64,000 nt of DNA, from NCBI GenBank assembly GCA_003427395.1, contig BFEA01000024.1, positions 919,277-983,276 on the forward strand, written 5' to 3'. Below are positions 25,400-37,791 of this stretch, piece after piece. Below the pieces are notes generated by a model that worked only from the letters and a program-made list of their open reading frames with translations, ran no database searches and was not told where the DNA came from. Position 1 is the first letter of the stretch; every line of letters begins with the position of its first letter. Origin of the DNA: Chara braunii (Eukaryota; Plantae; Charophyceae). The position numbers and the translations under genes are program-made.

Positions 25400-27728
25400 C
25401 AATGGTGCCCTGTCGCTTGCTGCGCTTGAGCTCATCAAGTTGTATCCTTACTCTCGCTGCAACATGCGGGTCTTTATATTGTGCCACTAATATATCCTCG
25501 GGAGTGATAGCCGGAATGACTTTAAGCCACTCAGACAAGTTGATCTTGGAGTACCCAACTTGCATGGCTTGGGCTTCAAGGGAACCCCTTACAACAGGTT
25601 TGACGTTCGTCCCCAGGATCAAGGACTAGTTCACTCTTTGAGTGCCCTGTACCTCAAAGTAGGCTCTCATGGAGCTGATCCACGACTCTACGTCCTCCTT
25701 GCCATCATATCTAGATGATATCATTATCGCCTTTCTGTCCATGTATGGATTGCCATAGCTGGGTCCAGCTATTGCTAGATCCGATCCCAGGGCTGCGACA
25801 GTTGCAAAACTTCCTGCGCTGCCGCTTGTAGCGGCAGTGGGAACGACACTTGTCGCAGGTCCCGACTGATTAATCACCAAACTTAACGAAGAAGACTGAG
25901 AAGAAGGAGAAGAATGGAGGGGTGCAAAGGTAGAACGGGGAAGAGAACTTGAGAGTTGGGCCTGATGCATGGTTGCCATTTGTTGGATCTGATCACAGTG
26001 CTCTTTCGCCATCTCTGCCATCTGAGTACGAATCGGACTCATTTCTTCGAGTAATTGGGATTTCACACTTGGAAGCTCGCTGAGCAAATGGTAATCGACA
26101 AGGGCACGTACGTACGTGACCAGATCCTTCTTAAGGTCTGCATCAGATACAATTGGAACTGTTTTAAAAATAGCCTCAAGCTCGTCAGCGGCTGTTTTCC
26201 GCTTTGCCTCTTTCACCTTTTCCTCCTCAGCCAACTCTTTCTGATAGAGGGCCTCACACAATGGTTTATCAGCCTCACCCGCTGCATCCATACGATCCTT
26301 CAACATATCAGAAAGTTTAACCGGTGCCATGTCGCAACCACTAGCTCCTTCAGTTGTCATGGCTTCTCTCGCTCTTGTCTCTGGTTCACACGTCTCTAAG
26401 GGCATGTAGTGGATTTCAGCAAAAGAAACAAACTGAAAGTACAGAGAAGAAGATTCCGGTCAGACCAAGTACAAGATCCGTTAAGCCTCATGCAATTGGC
26501 ACCGTCAAGTACATCAAACCAAACTACAAGTAACATCATATAGCAATGGAGAATTGAGTGGTGTATAAGGTGCAGATCAAGCATTGGATTGTGTGTCATC
26601 AGTCTAACAAAGCATCTCAGCCGAGATCCCCTCAGCAGCAGGGAATCTAATAAAAAAGAAGAATACCGTATCCCAGACAGAAAAGAGAGCGACACTACGT
26701 CAACAGATTTGGGTCCAAGGGGCCCTTCTTGTTTCGGCCCACTGAGTCCCAATGGGTCCCAAGTAGGTCGCGCCCAAGTCCCAACCAAGGAGAGTATCTC
26801 AAGGTCCTACTTTCTGCCTCTACCGTACTGAAAAACGAATTTCAACTTCAAGAGAAGAACCTACAGACTACATCCATTCACAGATGACAAGACAAAGCCC
26901 TGTAGAAAGATATGGCTTTCAAAGCAAGATACTTCATTTCTACATCCATCAGGTTAGTAAGTAGTTTGCACACCAATGCACACAACCAAGACTTTAGAGG
27001 AGTAGGAAAGAGACCCAGAAGTACCCCAGCAGGACAAACAATACCATGCACGCATACATGGGCAACCCTTAGGTGCACGACACTTACCTGAGTGGCTCGG
27101 ACTCTGAGATGAAGTATAACTCACCCCCCTTCCTCATATGGTCTTCCTAACCCTATTCGCTACCTCTACACTAGTGTCCTGTCATGTAGGAGGGTCTCAC
27201 TTCCAACACCAGAGTGCAACGCCGGATCCCCGGCCGATGCTGAAGAACAAAGTAGTAACTTGCAGTCCGTAGATGCAGAATGGCTACCTCCCGCAAGATC
27301 GCCTACTTGAGGGAGGCCCTCAAGTCACCAAGTGTCTCCCTTAGGTCAGATTCCAGGTGCGAGTGCCTCTCACTATCGCCTCTCTCAACTTGTCGCATGA
27401 AGTCCTCTTGATGTGTCTCGCCACTACATACTCACTCTCAATCTACCTGGTCAGGTTCAATGCCGACCTAGCATGTCCTAACCAGGTGGAGGCAGCTTCC
27501 CTAAGCCACGCTGCCCCACTTCCCCCTTCAGACCAACCCTAACCCTAAGTGGTTAGCCCTAACTACTTAGGTTAGGGTTAGGGTGGATAAGTCAACTCTC
27601 ACCACCAAGTAGAATCCGCTCTGATACCAATGTTATGATCCTGGCCAATTTTGAAGTACACATTCATCAGATAGTACAAAGCCGTCCAATTGCAAAAAGA
27701 AATGAATGAACTCGAGAGGAGAGAGACG

Positions 27729-27760
<32 letters not shown>

Positions 27761-28969
27761 AAGAAGAAGAAGAAAAAAAAAAAAAGAAGAAGAACGACAG
27801 AAGAAGAAAGAAAGAAGAAGAAGATGATGTACTCCAGCATAGACAAATGATAAAGCTCTTCTTCTTCGCCAAACACTCTCCTCCTCCTTATCTCCTCCGC
27901 TCTTATTCATACAAGAAATAATAATACAATGCTGAATGGCTGAACCAGAATCAATGTCCGAATCCCTCTTCTACTGCAGGTATCACTTGAGGTCCACCAT
28001 AGCCATGACCTCCTCTCTCACTCTTCACTCTCATTGGCCGAGGCTATGGCGGACTACTAGGCCTTGCCCTGATGTCCAAAGGGCAACCCAAAGCAGCTAT
28101 GGCTGCTCTAGCTCAGGCCGCCATGCCTGACTCTGCCTCGAAGCTTCTTGGTGTAGCTCTTCGCCAACTGGGGCCTTCCTGCTGCAGCGCCCACCAAGGT
28201 GATGAAGGTGGCTGCCACCATAGCCAGGTAAGTACCTCTGGCGCTCCCCCTTCCTCCTGGTCTTCTCCTTCCTCCGTGTCCTTGCTCCTTTCCCAGCAGC
28301 GCTGCTCCAGCCAGCGCTCCAACCAGTGTGTCGTCAAACTTGCACACCGACAATGAGTCTGGGCTCTTCGCCCGGCCTTGAGATATAGCAGCCTGCTTGC
28401 CTCTTGGGGGGTGACTTCCAGCCCGCTCGGCCTTCCAAGCAATTGGTACCTCCTCCCTTTCAGAGGGAAACATCATTGCAGACTCCGATATTGCCCGTAC
28501 AGGCCCTAGACTCAGACTGGTTGGACTGGCACCCGCCTAGACCTAGCCTACAACTACTGGGCCTAAAAAATGCCAACTTTTGTCTTCTTCTGCTCGGCCT
28601 CGAGTACCCGGCACATCTACCTCTTCAGGGTGTGGTACCGGCCTACCTGCTACTTGAGTGTTTCCCCGCTGCTTCAAGTGGTGCGGGCGTCTTCCCCCGC
28701 CACTTGAGTGTTTTCACCGCTGCCATCCTCAATGCCACGGCCAAAGGTAAGTACCGGCCCCGAGGGCCCAACGAACGAACAAGTGCCCTTGCGGGTCACA
28801 CACACACTCAAGCCAACAAGCACTCAGACAGACATGCAGACCAGCAAGCGTGCACACACACAGACTTAGAGAACTTGGTAGCAAGCAGGAAACTCAGCAA
28901 GGCCTTCAGTCCATGAGCAAAACTCAGAAATCAGCTGTGTCTCAGTCCGTATTTGGTCGGGTCATCACA
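25400..28969 (-). mobile_element. Ty3/gypsy 5' half: LTR, PBS, leader, truncated gag
   Basis: LTR 28969-27631 with termini TGTGATGACCC/GGATCATAACA (9 of 11 inverted match); PBS at 27629-27618; gag-like ORF 26405-25626 (YDGKEDVESWISSMRAYF). Confidence 0.82.
27618..27629 (-). promoter_or_regulatory. Primer-binding site for initiator tRNA-Met
   Basis: Minus strand TGGTATCAGAGC, 1 nt after the LTR-terminal CA. Confidence 0.9.
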
Positions 28970-30376
28970 TATCTATTTGTCGATGTATGTATGCACCTTT
29001 CTATACGTCCACACATCTGTCTGTGCATGTGCATCACCGACACATCAGAAAGTACAAAAGGCCAAGACCTACAAACGTGAACACAACAACACTTGCAACA
29101 ATCAACACGAGAACACCCAACATGAGAATGAAAACCAAGGACATCATGGGCCGAAGTGCACCGGCCTTGCAACGGTCGCAGTCGGCCAAACTTTCAATGA
29201 CAACGACTGTAGGACGACGACATCCACAAGAGCAACACAGGCACGGAGACCTTCGCAGCCCACGATGTGGCACTGAGTTGCACTCCACGCCTTCACGGTT
29301 TCTGACGACAACTGCCGAACGCTCCGTCACACGGGCTGTGCACATGTCAACACCCGACAACCAGGGGCGACGGACCTGCCACCCACCACCTCCCCGCCCG
29401 CTCAAAACTGCCTAACCGAATCCTTCGCCCCACCTTCCGGACCGAGCGTGCACACCATCGCCGATGTTCTCCCTAGGCCGGCCCAAAAAAGATGATGGGA
29501 TGAAAGCCAGCACCTTCTCGCACAGTCTGCCCTCACGGAGGCTGTAAACACTCTGCGGCTGTGCCACGCGTGAATGTGTCTGCCACACCATGTTTGTGAC
29601 ACAATGCCTGGCCTGAGGGAGACCGAACGTTGGATTCGGGAGACGAAGCAGATGACCCCCCCACGACGTGCGTGCAACGTTCACGAACGACCCATAGATG
29701 GCTACGGAGGGTGGCATTCGTCGCAGTCTGCATGGGAACCGCGGAAGAAGGGCATCGGGTTCTGCATGCAGCCATCCTACGTGTTTGTTGTAGCGATACG
29801 GAGGCAGGCGATGAAAATTCGAAATCGCAGGGCCGTTGGGGCGCGGGAGAAATTCAAAACGAAAAATGATGAGGACCTCCCCACCCCACACGGTGCCACG
29901 GTCCCGGGCCCAACGGTCACCGTGCGACAACGCCCCTTGTCCGGCCTCAGGCACGCTGGACCAAACACTGGACCAGTACATGTCCGCTTTGCAGGCGCCC
30001 GACTTCCGAATGTGCCGGAGTATGCACCCAAGAGGTTGGTAAACGGGCCGACTTTTGGCAAACGGGAATTCAGGGCCATGTAGGAATAAGGGGGCCGCGG
30101 ACCGAGTGGAAACGATCGCCCGACGACTTCTGCGACGGCGGCGAAGCCAAAATCTGTCTGTGGGGTCTTGGAAGTTTCCTCGCAACTTCCGAAACCGTTT
30201 GCCACTGTCCTGTGGGGTCCTACCCTAAAATTGGAACGATGTAGACAAGATAAGCATGGCGAAAAAAATAAATAAATAAATCTGTGTTAGTCCCCAGGCC
30301 GCCCGGCTGGGGAAAGGTCGTCCGGGTACCCTCCCGGGTGGACCGGACCGGGCAGGGTCCCGGGCGATCCCAGTGC

Positions 30377-32071
30377 TTTTTTTTTTTTTTTTTTTTTTTT
30401 TGACAACATCAGCAGGGTACAGCACCCATCAACCGGTATTAGGTTTGAAAACAATAAGCTTTCTACAATGGTCCAAGCGGTGATTGTTTTTGCTACCGTT
30501 GAACTGAGTAGTGATTTCCCTTGAGAGAGCGGGGTATAGGCTCTGGCGCTTTAAGAGTTACTAACTTTTNNNNNNNNNNNNNNNNNNNNNNNNNNNNNNN
30601 NNNNNNNNNNNNNNNNNNNNNNNNNNNNNNNNNNNNNNNNNNNNNNNNNNNNNNNNNNNNNNNNNNNNNNNNNNNNNNNNNNNNNNNNNNNNNNNNNNNN
30701 NNNNNNNNNNNNNNNNNNNNNNNNCTCCTTTTCCATTCTGGGGAGCATCAGTCCGGTTCCTATTCCCCCGGCAAGTCATAAAGGAATATTACATCATGAA
30801 ACACACTCACGCTTCCTTCCATATGGCTGGACCCCTGACCAGCATTGATTGCTCTCTTGAGGGAGGATTGACTGTCAGCTTGCCCTAACAACTTGCTCCT
30901 CTCAGGTTCCCTTCTTGGGCCTGTCAAAAGGACCTATTCAAAACGAGAGAAAGTGGTAGGATCTTGCTCCAGTCACTAATCTGAGTCTCCTTCCTTTCAA
31001 AAAACCGGCTTGGTATCTCTGTTGCTCAGCCTAGGACGCTGTTGTCTGTGTCGGGACTGTTTGGTATTCTCTTAACATCTTATGAGTTGCGCCAGTCCAT
31101 CCACCGGACATAAAAGGTCTTTATCTCTGCAACTTTCCTTCGATCAGCCAGGTCTTGGTAAACTTCAACTGTACTGTGCGCTGTTGCTCGTCCTCGTCTG
31201 GTAGGGACAGTCTTGCCTTGTCCATCCTTCCCCAAAAGTCATCCTGACCCTTGTCCGAAATTTCTCTGCCCTCTCTGAAAATCCCTTAAACCCTTAATCC
31301 CTAAACCTTCGAATACTATCCTGCTCTATGGGACCCTTACTTTCGTCTTATTCCTCCCTCTTGGATGTCTGATCATGGAATGTCTTGTCTACCCGTAGCT
31401 GTCTGTTGCTGGTGCCTCCTTCCTGGGGTTGAGTTGTGCCACTCCTTCCAGCAAATGCGGTCTTCTCGTAACTCTGCAATCTTGCCGTTTATCAACCAAT
31501 TCTTGCTGAAGGTCCATCTGTCCTTCTTTCGCTGTTCCTCGTCCTCCGTCCATGACTACTTGGTCTTCCTCCATCTGCAGAGGATTTCAGCTTGTATCAT
31601 CGTTTTCGTCTCCACCCAAACTTTCTCGCGTGGGTTGGACAGTCCTTCAATCGTTCTGCTGCATTTTTCCTTCCATATGACCCATAGTGTGACCTTTCTG
31701 ATAAGACCAAACCAGATTTTTTCTGTCTTCCGGAGCTGTTGAGGGATGTTAGTCAAGAGGAGAAGTTGGATGGGAAGTTCGGGGAAGGGAGTTGGGAATA
31801 GGGAGTCCCAGAGTGCCGATGCTCTTGCCCAGTAGTCTGTCGCCGCTCTGCAATGTATTAGGCAGTGAACTATGTCTTCTACAGCCCCTTCATTACAGAC
31901 CGTGCACAAGTCCGAACTGCTGGGATCTGAACTCTTACGCCTCGTGTGTAGCCATTGGTTCACTGGTAATGCCGCGTAGGTGATTAGCCATTGTAAGCTT
32001 CTGATTTTGATTGGTCTGATGAGCCTGAACTTTTTCCATTGGATCTGTGTGAGATTGTCTGCCTCTTGGCT
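30377..32071 (-). mobile_element. LINE 3' fragment (zf-RVT region + 3' UTR + poly(A))
   Basis: IRPIKIRSLQWLITYAALPVNQWL, CTVC..HCLIHC, LWVIWKEKC. 3' UTR at 30725-30830 matches 43028-43130. T run at 30377-30401. Candidate TSD CAGTGC at 30371-30376 and 32072-32077. Confidence 0.8.
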
Positions 32072-33583
32072 CAGTGCATAATATTTTAAAAAATAGAAGA
32101 TAAAAAATTTCAAAAAAATCCGAAAAAAAAAAAAGTTGTGTAAAATTGCCATACAAACGACTTTGGACTGAGGGTCACCTCGAAACTCCTTGTTAATTTC
32201 AAGATAAAAATAAATGAGAAAACATGAGTCCAAATGTACCCTTTTAAGCCCTTTAGTCACTGTTTATACCCCCCAACCCCCCCTGGATGACCCATCACAA
32301 AAACCGAATTTAGGACCGGATTCTGACTGGTTAGGCCAAGCTGAAACGGTATTCACCAGTTTGAAGTAGCTGATGCAGATCCCAGGGCTCGATCCCTAGT
32401 TCCCCAACTTACCTGTGTACAATACCTGTGTCAACTCGAAGAATTGAACCTGCGACCTGTAGAACCGCCACTGGTAAGTTGGTCTGTCGTAGGTCTATAG
32501 GTAGCCAGGATTCGATCTGTAGACCTGTAGATTAGAAGGCTAGCTGCAGTCCTTCTAGAAGGTTGGCAAGTGGTCAAGTGGTGCAGGCAAGTGGGCAAGT
32601 GGTGTGACTAAAGCAAGCCCATGTTGGAGACGAGGACAAGTGGCAAGGGCAAATAGTAGGACCCCAGTGCAACTGCACTGCGTCGTAGTGCACTGCGTCG
32701 TAGGGTAGTCGCCATGCAGTCATGGGAGAGTCTAGAACGTACCAGTCCGGTCCAGCAAGTACCACGGGGGGGAACTGTGTGCACCATGGGCCAGGGATAC
32801 AGGGCAGACCAACGCAGCGCAGAAGTATAAATCAAGAGGCTGCGTCCAGCCATTCATTCATTCCTGCGGATGCCATGCGGAAGCGCTGCCTTAGCAGCTT
32901 GTGCGAGGAGGTCTGCAGTGTGCCCGAAGACGAAGTGGGCAGAGAAGTGTAGTGTAGCAATAGGTAGTGGCAGCTAGCGCTGCCATAGCTGTAGCATAGC
33001 GTGTGTGTGTGTTGCGTATGATACTGAGTGTTGCGTGTGGGACATCCAGGGTGATCCAGAGTGCGAACAGTGAGTTGTGTGGGCGCCCAGTCGCCATAGC
33101 CAGTTGAAGAGAACTCGTATCTGGTTACGATATCTTAAGTACTGTCAGGGCGCATGTCGCCAGTTGCTGTATCGCTGTTTGCATGCAAGACAAGTGTGAA
33201 TAATCGGAGTGTGATTGCGAAGCGCAGTCCTGGCCTGAAGTCCCTTTTTTTTTTTTTTTTTTGGATCCTTGCCTCTTTTTTGACCCGGCTGGTTCTGCCG
33301 GGCGACCCCCCCTCTGCCCAACTGGCCCAGGCGTGCCTGGCCGGGCATACCGGGGCGGGCGACGGGACAACATAGGGAAAAAAAATAAATCAATACATCA
33401 GACCAACAACATCGATTCTCAGAAAACAGCAGAAATCTCAGCATTCGTTGTCTGGCTCATTGCAATAACAATCATATACTAATAATACTAGTAGCGATAA
33501 GTTGATAGCGTAATACTAATGGCGATAACATAATTTCAATAATTAACCATAAAAAGTAATAATCATGATGTACCGCTATGTAC

Positions 33584-34518
33584 CTTCCTAGCGCACAATG
33601 TGAGAGGTTGGCAACCTGACTGTTGATCTGCCCCAACACCCTTGACAATGGTACCACCTTTAGCTCCAAGCACTTCTTTCTGTATGCAATTTCACCACTG
33701 AGCGTGTCTTCTCTCACTGACCCTGCAGGGATGAACTTATCCCCTGTGGCATCGACCCATCTATCACGGGATCCAACACCACTCCAGTCCATAGGCGTCC
33801 ACAGGCCTCCATCTCCCTCCACACGCTCAATCTCATCTTCATCGTCATCACTACCTCCATCCTCACCATCATCTTCATCACCCTGTCCCCCTTTTTCACC
33901 ATCATCATCATCATCCTCGTCATCATCACTGCCATCAGTGTCCTGCAAAACTAGGTGTCCATCCGGCCCCCGAGAAATCTTGCCTCTCCTTCTCGTGCTG
34001 CTCTTATAGAGTGTGCTCATGAGTGCATGGTCGCGTCCAGGGATTGGTGCATTCACAGCTTTACGACTGGCTATTCTGTTTTCACCTCCGTCATCTGCAG
34101 TGGATGTTCCCTCACCCTCTGAGGAGCCCCTTTGGGTTCCTGTCGAGAGGGATACATCGTCCTTTAGCTTCCTTCTCCGCTTCCTTCGCTTCCTCCTCTT
34201 CCCTCTCTTCCCACCCTTCCTGTTTGTTCCCTCATCCTTTCCTGTCGTACTCTCACTACCTTCGGTCATGTGGGCCCCTTCCCCAACCATGTTTGATGTT
34301 GACATAAAAGCACTTAGTAACTTTGACCGCCCTTCCACAGCATTCCCGCTCCAAGGGCGGATCAATGTACTGGGGTCCACTTGCATCTGGTTTGGATCAG
34401 CAGCAATTTGGGGCGAGTTCGATGCAGCAAAGGAGATGCTATTTTGAGCCTTGAATTCCCTTTTCTTCCATTCCAATCTCTGATGCGCCAGCAGCTCCTT
34501 TTCTTGCTGCTTCATCAC
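33584..34518 (-). CDS. Upstream coding exon of the same LRRC74-like gene
   Basis: 935-bp open frame bounded by acceptor cttcAG| (34520-34519) and donor |GTACAT (33583). It contains basic (KRRKRRKRRRK) and acidic tracts and ends YRKKCLELKVVPLSRVLGQINSQVANLSHCALG, the LRRC74-type lead-in to the first LRR. Confidence 0.8.
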
Positions 34519-34974
34519 CTGAAGATGCATGTCATAAATGAAAACGATATGGTGCAACCAGACCCAACAATCACTTCATAGGAAGAAAACAACAGGTGAA
34601 GCAAAAACCGTGCCAAAAACAAAACTGGAATGGCATAAGCAGACAGGACAATCATTTTGTGGAAGAACAAGTAAATTCACTCTATCAAAGACTCTTGCTC
34701 ATTGCCAGGTTCTGGATGTAGCAGCTACCTAAGCTGGGCTGTACACGGGCCCCTTTTCAGGACCCACGGTGTTGAGGCCTCTGGTAAAAGGGCCTTTACC
34801 CGATTCAGACCCTGTTCGACAAAAGCAGCATATTGGGGTCACTCGCCCAGAGCTTAATTCGTGAAAGCAGATCAAGGGACATGTTCTCTGGGTCAAAGGT
34901 CACATCCTAGCTAAAGTAAAAGACAATGTCAAGGTCACAGTTGTGCCACTGGACGAATAGTCACAATATTTAGA

Positions 34975-37165
34975 TGTGGGGGTCACATCTGTTCGCCAGG
35001 GGATGTGCTAGTCCTGTCTGTTCATGTAAGGGATGTGTCTGTATGTGCAGTCAGTGTGTCTGTTCGTGCAGTCAGTGTGTCTGTTCAAGCAGTAGGTATG
35101 TCTGTTCAAAAGGAAGTCAAGGGTTAAGGTCCCAGTTCAGATTCGAGTCAAAGGGAGAGTCCAGATACAGATTGGAAGTCCGAAATTGTGGCCTGAAGGC
35201 CGCAGCAGCAGTAACCCCTGAAGGAAAAGGACCTGGGACACACTCCACAAAGGCTGGGACTGGGGAAGGACCCAAGACAGATTGATTCAGACCTCGCCAG
35301 GGGAAGCCAGCACTATAAGAAACGAGGCAGCCTTCCCCACAGGCAGATTTCCACTGGCATTGATGCGTGGAAGTGCTGAGGCACTTGTGCGCTAAGGTGC
35401 AGGGAGGAGCGCTGGCTGAAGAAGAAGCTGCGCCAGCAGAAGAAGGCCCAGGCGCTGGCTGTAGGGAAGCCATAGCTGCGCCAGGCAGGACTGAGTGTTA
35501 ATAGTAGTGTTAGAAGGGTTAGTATTAGGACATCAGCGAGGAGCATTCTGAGTAGATTCTCATAGACTAGGAGTGTGCATGCGTAGTGTGAGAGGGGAAC
35601 TACTACAGGGATCTTGAGAGAGAAGACAGGGAGTGGGAGATATGGTGGACACTCACCTGTTTGCGCCATATTTGTGTTCTGAAGAGTGACGCTGGCTGAG
35701 CCAGGTCTCATGTTGATGAATGAGAGAAGAAGACTTGCATTTCATTGGCGCTGAACTTTTGAACTCAAGATACTCTTGTATAATGTGGATTTGTTAATAT
35801 GAGCTGCGCTACATGGTTCCTATCTCATCTCAACTCTATCTTGTGTGAGACTATTTCATCTGTGTGATGACATGAATGCATGCGAAGTATTGTACTCCAG
35901 CAAGCTGTGAACTGACAGGTTCCTTGCAATTTGGTAGCGGAGCCAAGACTCATTGCACTCGCTGATCCGCTGGCTTGAGTGAAGCTGGCGAGAGAGAGAG
36001 ATACTGGCTATGGTGAAGGTGGAAAAGTGAGAGGAAGTGGATTGGGATAGAAGAGAGGAGTAAGCCGAAGAGGAAGGGGCAGAAGAAGTACTTACCTGGA
36101 GCGTTGGAGTGCGGAGCGACGAGGAGTCGTCATCGACGACAGCTGCAAAAGAGAGAAGCATCCTTTATCCCCTTACCTGGCTGCATGTGTGTGTGTGAAA
36201 CTCTACTCCTCATCCTCTCTGGGGTCACTGCTGCTGCTGTCAGGTCGAGTCACCTGGTGTACGGTCTGATCTGAACGTCAGGATACAGGGTCTGGTCACG
36301 TCAGAATCAAGAGTGGTCAGAGTCTTGTTGGTCCTCTCTTCTTCCCTCTGGTCTGACACCTGCGCTGTAGTAAAGATAGGGGTACACTGGGGGTTGGTGG
36401 CAGACTGCCACGTCAGTTGCAATCCATGTATAAGGCATAATCAAACTAAGAAGAGATAAATAGTGACTGAAATATTGTCTAGGCAACTGACATAGTAACA
36501 CTCCAGCTGCTACCTGCACACAAGGACAAACAGACAGGGTTAGAAGAAAAGAAAAAGAAAGTGAAATACTTACAACCAGGTGGACCTTTGATAAGGATCG
36601 AGTATAGTACTTGTTCTGATCAGTTGAATATCTGACATTAGGATCAAGCAGCAGGCACAGCGTGTAAAAAAAAAAAAGTCTTATTGTATATTTAAAGATC
36701 GGAAATCTGAAAGTCATTATTGCCGCAGTGACATCCAGAGTCTGCAAAAACAAAAACAGAGCAAAATCGTTTTCTCCCATCCACCTAGATTAGCTTAAGG
36801 ATCAGTTGGGAGTCTTACCTGGTGGGGCCAGCGGAGGGACTCCTGTGCTAAGTCCCATCATGGACGACTTCCCAATGCAGGGACTGATGGCCCTCTCTGT
36901 TCTTTTGGCCCCCCTGTTCAACATCTTCTTTCCTTTGGGTTTCGGGAGAGTGTGTACTTCCCGGATGATGATGAGGTCTGGAGCGGTAAAGCCAGGGCCC
37001 ACGCCTGCTGAACAGGCAGAAATTGACCGTCGGCAAGCAGAGGAAAAGAAAGAGAAAGAAGATAGGAAAAGACAGAAAGAAGGGGAGATAAAGAAGAAAA
37101 CCCAACTGGAAGAAGAAAGATTAAAAAGGGAAATGAAAGAAAAGATGGACGTGGTAGAGCAGCCA
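34975..37165 (+). mobile_element. Truncated gypsy: LTR/leader-like region plus gag N-terminus
   Basis: ORF 36806-37213 (MDDFPMQGL..MRSG..K/E-rich coiled coil) resembles the gag start at 38856 (MDDYPMYGL). Boundaries are approximate. Confidence 0.55.
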
Positions 37166-37169
37166 TCGC

Positions 37170-37640
37170 TGCTTGTCGAAGAGATAGTCGGCGGCCATAG
37201 CTGCCATAGCTAGTGATAGGCAGTAGTGTGTGTGTGCGTGTGTGATACAGGGTGAACGCGTGTGGAACATTTCAGGGTGATCCAGAGTTGAGTGTGTGCG
37301 AACAGTGGTGGTGGACGAAGTGTTGGCGGAGAGTATTTGGGCGCCCAGGCGCCATAGCCTGTTTGCAGCGAGTTTGCATCCGAACTGTGTTCTCGGTCTC
37401 CATATCTCTGAGCATTGTGTGGGCGCCTGGCGCCAGTTTGATTGCCATCTGTTTGCATGCCTGCGAGTTGAAGAAGAAAGTGAGTCTGATTGCATTGGTA
37501 TCGAAGCTGGTTCCCGTTGTTTCAGGCGCCATCGTCGTTGAAGCAGTGCGCCATAGCTGAGACGCGCCATTGAGGAAGGAGAAGGGTCCGCCATAGCTGC
37601 GTCGCTAAAGGAAGGTGCCGCGTACCTGCAAAGAGGACAA

Positions 37641-37721
<81 letters not shown>

Positions 37722-37726
37722 NNNNN

Positions 37727-37791
<65 letters not shown>

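Noticed and set aside
29030-30230. Overlapping ORFs in a CpG-rich block
   Set aside because: No recognisable motifs, and open frames on both strands are expected at this GC content. Probably non-coding repeat DNA of unknown class.
36096-36142. 47-bp AG/GT-bounded micro-exon on the host strand
   Set aside because: It lies within LTR-like DNA, has no protein support, and the adjacent upstream donor would leave only a 34-nt intron.
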